This document shows positions 1 through 11,600 of a DNA stretch of 64,000 nucleotides, piece by piece; positions within the stretch are counted from its first letter, which is position 1; the number at the start of each line of letters is the position of its first letter. The stretch spans positions 62,001 through 126,000 of the forward strand of contig OZ237735.1 in the NCBI GenBank assembly GCA_965178125.1, in the 5' to 3' direction. The notes under the pieces were generated by a model, which saw nothing but the letters and a program-made list of their open reading frames with translations, made no database searches and was not told where the DNA came from. The position numbers were made by a program, and so were the translations under genes. The stretch is from Bilabrum cf. latius. Taxonomy: Eukaryota.

Positions 1-137
1 AATTTTTCGTATGCTGCTGGATCACGCCGCAAATCGTTCAGCTGCTGCCAAATCGCTCTAGCTTGAGAAACCATTTCGGGATTCTTAGCGATATCCTTCG
101 GGATCGCCCCCGGTGGAAGTTCTGAGGAACCGGACAT
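1..137 (-). CDS. 5' end of a PIH1D2-like (R2TP-type co-chaperone) protein, runs off the left edge
   Basis: ATG at 137 reads MSGSSELPPGAIPKDIAKNPEMVSQARAIWQQLNDLRRDPAAYEK(F/L). This resembles the PIH1D2 N-terminal W..L.DL...DP..YEKF motif. Only 45 codons are visible. Confidence 0.5.
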   Translation of the reverse strand, partial: MSGSSELPPGAIPKDIAKNPEMVSQARAIWQQLNDLRRDPAAYEK

Positions 138-384
138 TAGATATTACGTGAGAAACTGCCTGCAAGTGCGACACGGTGCAAGTCAAGTTAAGTTTTGGAG
201 TGGCAGTTGACCTTCGTCACACCACTGGCACCGGCATCAACTGCCACGCCCTGGTTTTCTGCCATCCTGTTGCCGAGACGATGCTACAGAAGCAGCGCAT
301 CTCAGTGGTTCGATTATCTCGGTACGGTTGCTGTTCATTTCTTCCTGAAGGTTCTGCGTTCTGGGCGGGTCCCCCAACGAGCAA

Positions 385-1111
385 TCAGGACCTGCCATTG
401 CCTTGTGTCTTGTCCCCACCGCTGTATGCCCCCGATGAAATGACCTGGGTCGCCATCTTCGAGCATTCAGCGCGTAGATTCAAGGAAAGGGGCCACAGGA
501 GCGCCCCACCGGCAGCATACGTGCCTACCGCAAGCAGTCTGGAGGGCCCACCACCGCTCATCAACGATGACCCAATCGCCGATGACCTCGGGACCATCGC
601 GCCAAGGAGCGCCCCACTAGCCCCACCGGCCCCCTGCAATGCCGTCCAGTACCTCCAGTCCATCGTGTAGTGCCCGGGCTAGCCCACGTCAATGCTGGGA
701 TTCTGAAATGCTGGGCCAAGCCGAAACTGCTCCATGAGCACCACTTCAATCCCTGTGGATACAAACGCCCACCCGACGGGGCGCAAAGACATCACAATCC
801 CGTCTTTGGCGCCCTGCACCATCGATGCCAATACTCTGGACATGGTGCCAACGTTGGGGTTTCCTGGTTTGGCTTGTGTCGCCACCGATGGCAGCGCCTT
901 TCTGCAAGTTCACGGTGGCTCTAGTAAATTCAAAGCGTTCATTCTTTCAAGAAATCGATGGACGCTTTGGCTAGTGATTTATTGCGCGTGCACCTCACCT
1001 GTCCGCTGCTCGCTTCCCTCGTTTTCCGAATCCTACCTATTCAGATACAGATGCAGAGCTGCGTTCCATTTTAGCTGCTTCACTCAGCCGAAGATGGGCC
1101 GCAGAGCTCAT
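385..1111 (-). CDS. Hypothetical Gly-rich membrane protein, ~209 aa, 2 exons, 2 internal TAG
   Basis: Exons 1111-999 and 901-385, with a GTGAGG...TTGCAG intron at 998-902 that keeps frame. TAG at 1037 and 679 join ORF-track pieces 679..885 and 385..663. Ends TGA. Confidence 0.55.
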
Positions 1112-1388
1112 ATGCAATGTTCTCGCAGCCAGTATTGCAGGCCACACCGTACCTATCATGGCGACAGACTGCAACATGGTTGCTAGCACCATATCCTAGG
1201 ATGAAATAACCCTACCGTTCCGCTCAAACGCGCGTTGTAAATCTTGAAGACTTTTTGACATTGACAATAGGGTCGATTGAATTGGCAGGTAGACGTGCAC
1301 AGCCGAAATATGAAATGCAGCAACGACTCCGAGTTTCTCTAGGATTTTTACCAAACCCTTCCTCACACAGTAAGAATACTGCGAAAGC

Positions 1389-2552
1389 ATGTCGGGCATT
1401 CTATGCAGTCTTCATTGTTTTAGCTCTGACCTGTCTCGCGTGGGTGCTTCAATCGGAATAGACACCCCAGTAGTTGCGGGGCTTGACGAAGAGTAGGTCG
1501 CCGAACGAATCCGGGGCTCAATGGCCAAACTACCATCTCCCATTAGGTGTCCAGAGTGGCTGTGCTGCTTGCTTCCGTGCTTGCGCTGGACGGAAACCGT
1601 CAAACGTTTCGAGAGATCACAACCAGGGGATGCTTCAGTGATGCGAAGGACCACCCTATCAGACGACGCACGCTCTGTCGTGGAGGAGCAGCGGGTCCCT
1701 AGCACTGACGTATTCGTGGGAGATGTTGTTCGTCTCAGAGCAGGAGACGTGTGTCCTGCGGATCTTGTGGTGACGTACACTGTGGCAGAGGCTCAGGCGA
1801 GCAGACGTGCAATCGCTAGTGAGACCTGCATTCTCGGGCTGCAGTGGATACGCGGCAGGACTTTGGACCCGGATCCGGAGTTTGGATCGCAACATCAACA
1901 ACAACAATCGCCCTTTCGGTTTCACCCGATCGCGTGCAGAGCTAGAGGCCCCGGTGGAAGTGGACCTCTGGCAGCGGACGAGACCGGGGGGCTGCTGCCA
2001 CTCGCTAGCGACCACGTCATTCCATGCGGCGCCGTGCTAGAGCGGGGGACCGTGGAGGGCGTGGCAGTTGCCACTGGGGAGAACACGCTGTGGGGGCGCA
2101 TGATATTGGCAGGGGAGTGGCCTGGCTCCGCGGATCTTGGGGAGTCGGCCGCTGGTGGACTCGCGAGTGGGCGCGAATGTGCGGAGGCTGTGGTGTCACT
2201 GGTGCGGCAGGGGCGGGGCGGCGATGGAGTAGACCGCTGGGAGCGTGTATTATTTGGTGCATCTGCAGCGTCTGGGGGTGCAAACCAAGAGGTGATTGGT
2301 CTAGCAGGCGACGCTACGGGCGGGTCGGAGGGTGCAGGGGGGGAAAGAGGCGAGCACTCTGGCCAACTGATGCAGATGAAGCAGCTGCCAGGCGAGATGG
2401 GAACACTGAGCCACAGAAGGGGTGGTGCAGGGCCTGGTAGAGGGCATGGTGGGGTACAAGGAGAAGCAGGCGATGCATTGCGTACGAGTGTGGACGAGGC
2501 TGGGAGCAGCAAAGGCGGCGAGTCCCCGGGGACAAGCCCTCCTCCTGGCTGA
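1389..2552 (+). CDS. Short P-type-ATPase-related protein (N-terminal + actuator-like domain only), ~387 aa, 1 internal TAG
   Basis: GIDTPVVAGLDEE[TAG 1494]VAER resembles the cation-ATPase N-terminal motif. STDVFVGDVVRLRAGDVCPADL and GTVEGVAVATGENTLWG are A-domain motifs. No TGES, DKTGT or TM bundle. Ends TGA. Confidence 0.75.
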
Positions 2553-2645
2553 CACAGCAGTCAAAGGGCCGGAGTGCGTTAAATAAGAGTATGAATAATG
2601 TCGATAATTTATCGTGCAACAACTACTCAGGAATGCCTTATCGTT

Positions 2646-5600
2646 TTAAGTGGCCTTGCTGCCGAACCACCCAGTGAACGCGTTGCTGACCGCTCCCCCC
2701 ACGCGATTCGCAACGGCACTGACAGCCTCCGATGTACGCCTGGTCCCCGCACTCACATACCTGGTCGCGGTATCTACGCCCCGCTCCGCAGCTGCAGCCG
2801 CCACATCCATGGCAGGGGCCAGGTACTCCTGCGCCACCGCCGTGCCCAGCTCCTCGAGGTCCCCGCCCAGCCCGTCACCCAGCCACTTGGCCCCCACCGG
2901 AGCGGATGCCCTGCCCCCCGCGACTCTGACCATGGGTGGCAGCGCCAGCGCAGTCACCACCCCTCCTTCCCCGCCGCAGACGATGTATCCTCCGCATGGA
3001 GACGCGCCCATGCACAGCACGGGGCCCTCCCCCGCCACCTTCATGCCGCACAGAGGCAGCAGCGAGCTGGTGTCCAGCAGGCGGACCGTCCCATCGGCGC
3101 ACCCGACTGCGACCACCTCGGCGTCATCTCGAGGGCTCGTGGCGGCAGAGGGACCCCCTCTGTAGGCAGACCCCAGCCCCACCATGCTCGTGATGCGGGA
3201 GGGGATCCGCCGCGTGGCGAGAGGCGCATCTGGCGCGGCCGAGACACGGTGCGAAAACACCCAGCTGCTACCTGTGCTGCTTCCGGGAGCACTACTAGGG
3301 GCACCATCCTCTCCCCCGTCGGGGTAGTTGCCCGCGAGGACCAGGGCACCGCCGGCACCAAACACGACGGCAGCCGCGTCCAGCGGGCGGCCAGCCGCTG
3401 CACCCGTCAGTGGCGGACTCGTGCATGAGGCCGAGGCGCTCGGTGTCGCTGGCCGCACGTCAGCCCCGCCCACCTCGGGCTCAGGCTCCCTCAGGTCGAA
3501 GTGCCGGATCAGTAGGCCTCGCGATAGGCCCCACAGAGACACGCCTCCTGGGGCTGCGCGGCCGACGCAGCACGCATCGTGCGCTGTGCTTGTCACGATG
3601 CATCGTGCTGGGGCATCGCTGCCGTCATCTTGAGCACCCGTTGATGCTTCGCTCCTGGCATTGGTCACAACGCCGGGCACGCACAGGCGCGGCCTCCTCG
3701 ATAGCGCGGCCCCACCCGAGTCTAGCAGCCAGTCCGTCACCCAGGCAAGCGATCCCGCCCCGCGTCGCAATGCAATACGCGGATCCACTCCATGCATCCT
3801 CCAAGCGGCAGCGGACCCGTCGCTGAACCCAACAGAGATCCACTGCCCGTCCTCCGATGCGTGCAGGCAGCTCGCCTATCTGCGAGGCAGCCCGTCGATG
3901 GCCCCTCTGCCGTCCCACTCGGGACCCACGCTCAGAGGGAGGCAGGCCTCGGCCGCCCAAGCATCGCGGGGCCTAGAGTCGCCCTTGTCATCCAAGGGGG
4001 CCACGGGCGGGCCGGGTGGTGCCGCAACCCGTATGGTAAGCTGCACACCGGAGGGCTTGTTGAGGCAGCCAACCACCAGCATTCCGCAGGCGCCCACCGC
4101 CACCAGCCTGCCTGAGTTACCCTAAGGCTCAGAGCCGGCTAGGGCGTCCTCCTGCTCGTCCCTCGCTGCCTCGAGTGCCGGATGTTCACCGCACTCTACG
4201 TCCAGTGACCCAGTCCTGAGCTCCCGCCGCGCTGTCAGCGTGAGGGGCGGCGGGTCCGCGGGTCCTGCGACGGCGAAGCACGGGTGCAGCGCTGGCGGGG
4301 CCATCACCATCTCGTCATCTTCGTCTGCATCGTCGGGGTGTCCAGGCGCACTGCCGATCCCCGACTCGCTGGAAGCATGCGACCCACTAGGGGAGGGGCC
4401 TCGAGGCGGCACATCGCGCGCCCCTGGCCTTCCGTGCCTCGCGAGGGCAGACCGCCACGTTTTGGCGACAGGGTCACCGATCAGCTGCACCGACCCATGC
4501 TCAGCCCTGCCTATGGACCCCCCTGGCCTGCTGCCAGTGGTTGGCACCGACGGCAGTTCGTCCGCTCCCAGCATCCGAGTCATCTTGGCCGTGCCTACAC
4601 GGACGAAGTCCACCTGGCCCTCCTCCGAGACCAGCATGACGCTGCCGGCCCCTCGGACCGCGATCGAGGCGCAGTTCCCGTCGATCGAGCAGGGAGTGGA
4701 GGTGGAGCCCCACGGGCTGCTGCCTCCTGCGCCACCCGGCCCCGCCACTAGAGTCGCCCCCTCGGCACGCTACGCCGCCCTCGTCATCGCGAGCGGGGCA
4801 CAGGCTGCGAGGAGCCGACCAGGGGAAGGGTCTTCGTCACCCCCTGCACCGGCAGCTGATCCGCTCCCACTAGCGCGAGCTGGCGAGCACACCGCAGCAG
4901 CCCCGCCCTCCATCGCGCCGTCCCCTCCCCCCACGCAACCAAGCACCGCACGGGCAAGCTCCTCCGACGCCAGCCCAGCCCTTGTCCCGACAGCACCGCC
5001 CTCGGCCCCTGCCTGCACCCGTCCCACAGCCAGCTCGGCCACTGCGTCAGCCGCCCGCGCTGCCTCCTGCCCGCTGCACTGGTACCGAAAGGAGGCTCGC
5101 GCCCCTTCATGAGCGCGAAGCAGCGCCGGTCCGAACGCGTGGGCCTGTCTGCGGGCCGCGAGAAAAGAGGCAAACGTTCGCTGGTCGCACTCCATGGGGC
5201 ATGCCGGCACAGCCGCCGGCGAGCTTGGGTCCTCGCTCCATGCATCCAGCAGGTGAGTCCGATTCGCTTCCTCCTTGTCTTCGTATGCTTCCGCGGAGCG
5301 TTCATCGGGGTGGGGAGACCACCACAGGCTCCGTCTGTAGCACCTGCGCACTTCCGAGTCTGCAGGTATCACGGCGCAGCACGTGCCCGATCTGACCGGC
5401 CAGATCGCGTTCAATGGCGGCGCGAACACGGCCGCATCAGTGCCCTGACCGATGCAGTCATGCCGGTACTCGTCGTGCTGCTCGGACGTGGCGTCCTCCG
5501 GGCTCTCGCCGACATCCACGGTAGAAGCGAGCGGCACTGGCTCCCGCAGGGGAGCCATCGACACGAGATCCGAACGCACGCACACTACCGATTTGAGCGG

Positions 5601-8600
5601 CGGCGGGTGCAGCGGGTCGTCCCCCACCACACAGCCCATGGCGCAGTAGCCCTCTGGGGCCACGGGCTGCCAGAAGCACAGCAGCTTCTGCCTCCGCACC
5701 TTGTCCTCGTCAATGTCGTCGCGTTCGGGAATGGCGGGGCTCTTGTGACGGTCGTGCCTCCTGCCCGTGTCTTTGTGCGGCTGCACGGCAGTGGCCAGCA
5801 GAATGGCCCTAGCCTCGATCTCTTCGTCCACGACGTCCTGCTCGCCCTCGCTGTCGTCGTCGGAGCCAGCAGGCTGCTCTTCCTCAACGTAGTGCAGCCT
5901 GCAGGTCATTCCAGTGGGCCACGCCAGGGGCGGCTTGTCCGTGGGCTCATCGGACCCGCCCGGGGCCGCCCTCAGCTCGCTGGCCCGGCTACTAGAAGCT
6001 CTTCGGTCCAGCACGAGTCCTTGGATGGCGGCTGCCACATCGTCCAGACCGTATGCTCCGCCTTCCTCTGGATCCAGCAGCTCGCTGGGCTCCACCAGAA
6101 GCACGGCAGCACAGGGCGGCGGCGACCCTCCGTGCGTCACGATGTCCCCGACCCGCAGGAAGACAGCAGGGGCCCCCTCGGCGTAGTCAACGAGGGGGGA
6201 GCCAGATGGAGAGCGGCTGCCAGCCGGGCCTCCTCGGCTAGCACTCAGCTACAGCGAGGTCGAAGAGGCGTCCGAGTGGGCCGGGCGGGCCCTCCACACG
6301 GAGAATCCGGCCTATGCGCACACTACCAGCTTATCAAACGAATGGCACATTACCACTCGAAGTCCGCGGACCGACGACGCCTTCCCGCGCCCCTCCGGTA
6401 GTGCACTCACGAGACCCATGGAGCTGTCAAAGGAGACCGATGCAGGATCACTGGCCCCTTGTTCCCTGTCTGCCCCAGCACCCCCTGCTTTGGATGGACT
6501 GCTGGGCTATGAGGCGGCCCCTCCCTCCGTCCTGCCCAGCGACTCGCCGGGCAGCACGGCAGGTAGCAAGCCCCACGGCAGCAGCGGCACGCCCCCCTCC
6601 ACAGTTCCCCAGAACGCCCGCCCAGTCGCCTCTCTCCGCATCTCCGCGAACCAGCGAAGGTCCTCGCCCAGCGGGCGCGGCTTACTGATGGCAGTAGGCG
6701 GTGCTCCCCTCACCGGGTGTGCGCTCCGCAGCAGCGGCAGCGGGGACTGGCCGTAGTGGGCGACCTGCTGGGAGGCGGCTCGCTTGTCGTCGTCGGAACG
6801 AAACGTGTTCCAGTCGATGGCACCTGCGTACGTGAACCGCTCGAACACGTTGTCATGGGCCAGTGCGGCCTTGCCTCTCTGCTTGTGTCCGAACATGAGG
6901 TCGATCCAGTGGTGCATGCGGGAGGAAACGGACAGGCTCTCGAGGGCCTGCCGCTGCAGGCGAGTGAACAGCGAGTGGCGGTGCACGGGACCAAGACCAA
7001 CGTGTGCTGTCGAGATCGACACCGCTCGCTGGGCCAGAGAAGTTACCGAAGCAGCAGCCGCCGCAGCCTGAGTCGAATCCATCCCGCACCCGTATACCCT
7101 GTTCGAGTCAGCAAGCAGCACGGGCCCCAGCAAAGGGTCGCACCATGGTGGCAGCCGCACGTCGCCGACCTGCCTGCCGGTCATGCGCTTCCCGAAGTCA
7201 TGCCTCGCTCGGTTGAGCGTGAATTCGAATGACTCGTACCACTCGGGTGTGATCTCCTTCACCTCGTTCGGGGACCGCGAGGAGGCTCGCCAGGCGCCTG
7301 CCACAGAGTCGAACAGGCGGTCCGTCACGTCGAAGGCACCGCTCTGCACGTTGGCATGCAGGGTGGCGAAGGGATGCATCCGCAGCAAGAAATGCACCAC
7401 CACCCCAATCTCCGTGCTGAAGTGGCTGCCGTACAGGCGTGGGGGCAGCCCAGTCATCTCAGCCACGCTCTCGAGCTCCTTGAAGGCATCCCTGAATCGC
7501 AGCAGTCGCGACCGCCGCAGTGCTCCAATCGGCCGGCGCAAGTCTCTGAACGTGGCGGGGTTGGAAAAATCCAGAGCCGCCGCTCCCACGCTCGCGACTA
7601 CCCACGGTGCCACCGCATACGCACTCAGGTCCTGTCTGGTGCGAGAGGCAAACCGGTTGAGCGAGTGCAGGTACTCGAGGTTGGTCATGTCTCTTGACTG
7701 CCAGAAATGGGTCGCGCGCGACCTGCGGAAGTACCAGCTGCCCACGTGGTGCGTCCCCTTCCCCTTGGAATCCAGAGCGCTCGCAGCCGCAGTGGGGTCT
7801 GGCAGGTCTGACTCGGGACCATCCACTAGTGCCTGCACCAGCTGACCGTGTGAGCCGCGGGGCAGCTGGAAGGCAGCTCCGCGCGGCAGCATCTTGCGCA
7901 TCTGAAGTGCCGCGAAATCCCTGGCCTTCTCGCCCTCTGGGAATGCCATAAAGTACGACTTGGTCCGGGGTCCGCCCTCCGGCGCCACCACCAGCTCGAT
8001 GGCGGCGTCCTGAAGCCGCCAGTGCCGCAGCAGCACGCCCCTCACGTGCACCATGCGGATCAGCCTTGGCCGAACGATAGCGAAACTGGAAGCCTCATCC
8101 CTGCCGACAACACCTCTAAATGCCTTCACCATGCGAGGCCCTGCAGTCTGCACGATGTCTGCATTCTGCATCCGAGTGTCCGTCACGAGGCCGTAGCCGT
8201 CCTTCCGCTGCTCCCGTAAGGCCCTGGATGCTCTCCGAGCCTCCGACCTGTCGCTCCCCTCGCCGCCTCCTTCGCTTTCCTTGAATGCCAGCGGAGCCCA
8301 CACTAGCATCTTGGCCTCTTTCATGACGTGCAGCACGCCGGGGTGGATGCCGGTCTTCTTGACCAGAGCACACGGCATGCGGAAAGAGGACGGGTCCCGG
8401 ATGTGTCCAAGCGATCGATAGTACGAAACGTCCAACGCGCGCTGCATACGGCTCGGCCCCTCCTCCCAGGAGTCAATTGGAACCGAGGGGCCGTGCTACT
8501 GCCCATCTTTCTCTGTGCTGCCCATTGGTTCACTGTGGGCACGATCTGGGCCACTGTCACCTGCACCGCTGGCTGCCTGCGGCGTAAGTGCTCCACCATC

Positions 8601-11600
8601 TACCAAACTGCCGGACTCATCGCGACTAGCACCTGCAGCATGGAATCCGCCCCCATCGCCATGCTCAGCAACAAAACTGCTTCCGGACACAGACAATGCC
8701 TGCGGACTGCCAATGTCGCCATCCTCGTTGGCAGCCCCTCCTGGGCTTGAGCCCACCACGTCTCCCTCGCTGGCAGGATCCGCCGCAGCGGCGCTGTCGC
8801 TGCCCTCGTCTCCGCCCTCCGCTTCCCCTTCCTCGCTGTCTTCGTCGACATCGACCACAAGAGCCTTTGCAATCGCCTAACGAGCCTTGTCGTCAGCTTC
8901 TGTAGCCCCCGTGGCGGCTTGGGAGCGAGCTACCCGCCGTGCCGCTGCCTTGCTGCCCGCCTCTGAGGCAGCAGAAAACGGGGGTGGGCGGGACTTGGAG
9001 TCTAGTAGAGCCACCCGACAGGGCCCACTCCCCGAGATGGCGTGCTGGTCGAATCCCCAAGAGAGCCCCCACCTGCTCTCAGGCGAGGCATCGGGCTCCC
9101 CGCCGTACCCCAGTGTCAGGGAGAGGCCTTGGCGAGAGTCGGGAGGTGGCTCGGGGATAGAGCCCGGGCCCCTCGGCTGTTGGCCACACACGAGCTGCAC
9201 AACCCGTTCGGCTGCCTTCGCATCGGCAGACCTGTTCCTATCCTCGTTGGGCATGCCGGCCACTGACTGCAGCCTGTCCACTTCTGCGGCTAGGGCGGCG
9301 CCCTGCAGCCGCAGGCTCCTGTTCGCAGCCTCCCTGCCCAGCACATCCTGATCAAGGCGCGCTCGTTCCGCCCTGACGACTTGCAAGGCTGCCAACATCC
9401 AGCCAGACTGGCTGGCGGGCACATCGTCAGCTACCTACATCACTCTAGAGCACCACCGGTGCCCGCCAGCTGATGCAACAGCTGCGCCAGCATCGGAGCC
9501 GGACAGTCCAGGACTGGCGGTTCCACTTGCACCGGAGGCAATTTGTACTGCCGCCAGAACGGCCCGCGCTTTGGTCCATAGACTTCGGGCGGGCGAGAAA
9601 GCGTCGTCCCACGGCGTTTGGGGCAACGGTGCAGCCTCACCGCTTTGGCTCGCACCCGACTCGATTGCTTCGCGGACCCCATCTCCAAGGCACATGCCAG
9701 CGGCCATAGTGTCAAACGCAGCGGTGACCACTGCGGCTGCCAGTTGCGTGGCCTGTGGCGCCACCGAACACATGGCCTCTGCTCGGGCGGGGCAAGGCTG
9801 CTCTGCTCGCTCCTTGACGGTGGAGCCAGCATCCTTATCAAAGGCCAGACGGATGCCCTCTAGCAGAAAGAAGAGCGCCTTGCGCTGCTCCTCCGAACTG
9901 CCCAGCCCCCAGCTGCTCGCGGGCTAAACCAGCGCCACTCGGCTTACGCCAGGGCCAGCGCGCCGACTCAGCGCGCCACCGCCACCTCGAGCCCTGGCTG
10001 CTGCTGCCTCGGCCGCAGCGGTGGTGGAGTCGGAAATCCCCCCGTCCTTTGCCACGGTATCTCCGCTGCTGCCGAGCCCAGTGATCTTGGGCTGCGGTCG
10101 GATCGGGGTCGCCGCCTTGCCGCTTCCAGCAGCAGCTGCTGCGGCAGCAGCCCCCGATTTGGACGGCGAGCCCACGGCCGCGGCTTGCTTAGCCTCAATG
10201 TGATCGGCCTCGAGCTGCGAGAGTGGCTTGAGCTCTAGCACCATGAAGCTCTGCACCAGTAGCACTAGCGTGGTCAGCACGCCCTCTGCCTCCTCTCGCT
10301 CATCGGGCGAAGAGGCCCGGCGCACGGCCCGTGCTCCCGCCTCGAGGGCACCCCGCGTCATCCGGAAGACGGCCCAGCAGTGCGAGCCGCCCAGTGGCAG
10401 GATGCGGCGGGCAAATTCCAGCGCGGGCCCCGCATTGGACAGCACCCTGGCGTGATAGGCCGGCTCTATCTTCGCTGCCGCTATCTCAAGGACGCTCAGC
10501 ACGTTGGCCCGCAGGATGTTCCTCTGCTTGTCCTCTCCGCGCAGCTTGCTAGCCTGCGATAGATGGCCCAGCAACTGCTCCACGACCTCCACCACGGTTT
10601 CCATCCGCAGAGCCCTCGCAGCTCCGTCTGGATCCCGCCCCGCATCGCCTATAAGCCCTTCCACTGCCAGCTGCGCCCACTGCGGCTCGGTGCCGTGCAT
10701 CAACCTAGCCTCCACAAGCACCAGCAGGATGTCCTTCGACTGCTGCCCGCAAGTGTGCCAGTCCTGCTGCATGGCAGCAGGGGAGGTGACGCTCCCTCTG
10801 TCGGCAGTCCCATCGTTCTCCTCTTCGTCACTTGCACTCGAGCACTGTGCCTGCTTTCTGCAGTGGGTTGTCAGTCGAGCCAGGAGGCCTAGCCAATCAG
10901 CATCCACGGCAAGCGGCTTCCCCCTGCTTTTGGTCATCTAGATGACGGCCTTCACGGCAGTATCGAGGCAGACCAGCGCGGCAAGCACCACGGAGGGAGT
11001 CGAGCACCATAGCAGCACCTCGAGCACCGCAGAGATCCCATCAGGCAAGGCAGCACCATGCGCCGCTTGCGGTAGGTACGGCATGGTGGCAGTGAACTTG
11101 TGGCACATGGCAGACAGCATCGTGAGCTTGCCGTCCAGCAAGTGCGTGAGCTTATCTGCACCACTGCACGGCTCTGCAGCGATCGTGCCTCCGTCTGTGA
11201 GCCACTTGTGCGGCGATGTCATCTCCTTACTGCTTCGAGTGCTGCCGAGCGGTGGAGGCTGCGCCGCTGCCCATTGCTCGTCCATTCGAGCGGGGGGCAA
11301 GCTGGGAGCCCCCAGCACACTAGGCACACCGGTCTTGCGGCCAAACTGACGGGGCATTCCGCTTGCGCATACCGCGTGCGGTGGCATGCTTGGTGAGCCA
11401 GCGACCTTGCCCTCGCACGCAGAAAGCACGGCGCCAAGTTCTTGCGCTTCGAATGCAAGGGCATCTTCGCTGGATCCGGGCTTGCAACAGGCACCAAGCG
11501 CCCGCTCCGCCATAGTCTACACTCGTATCCTTGACACCTCCAAGAGCCCATCATCATCGTCCTCAGCCTCGGCCTCATCGCCACCCCGTGCACCTCGTGA

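Noticed and set aside
2646-2648. Ciliate-type code (table 6, TAA and TAG both Gln)
   Set aside because: No internal in-frame TAA was found against about 75 TAG, and TAA appears only at plausible gene ends.
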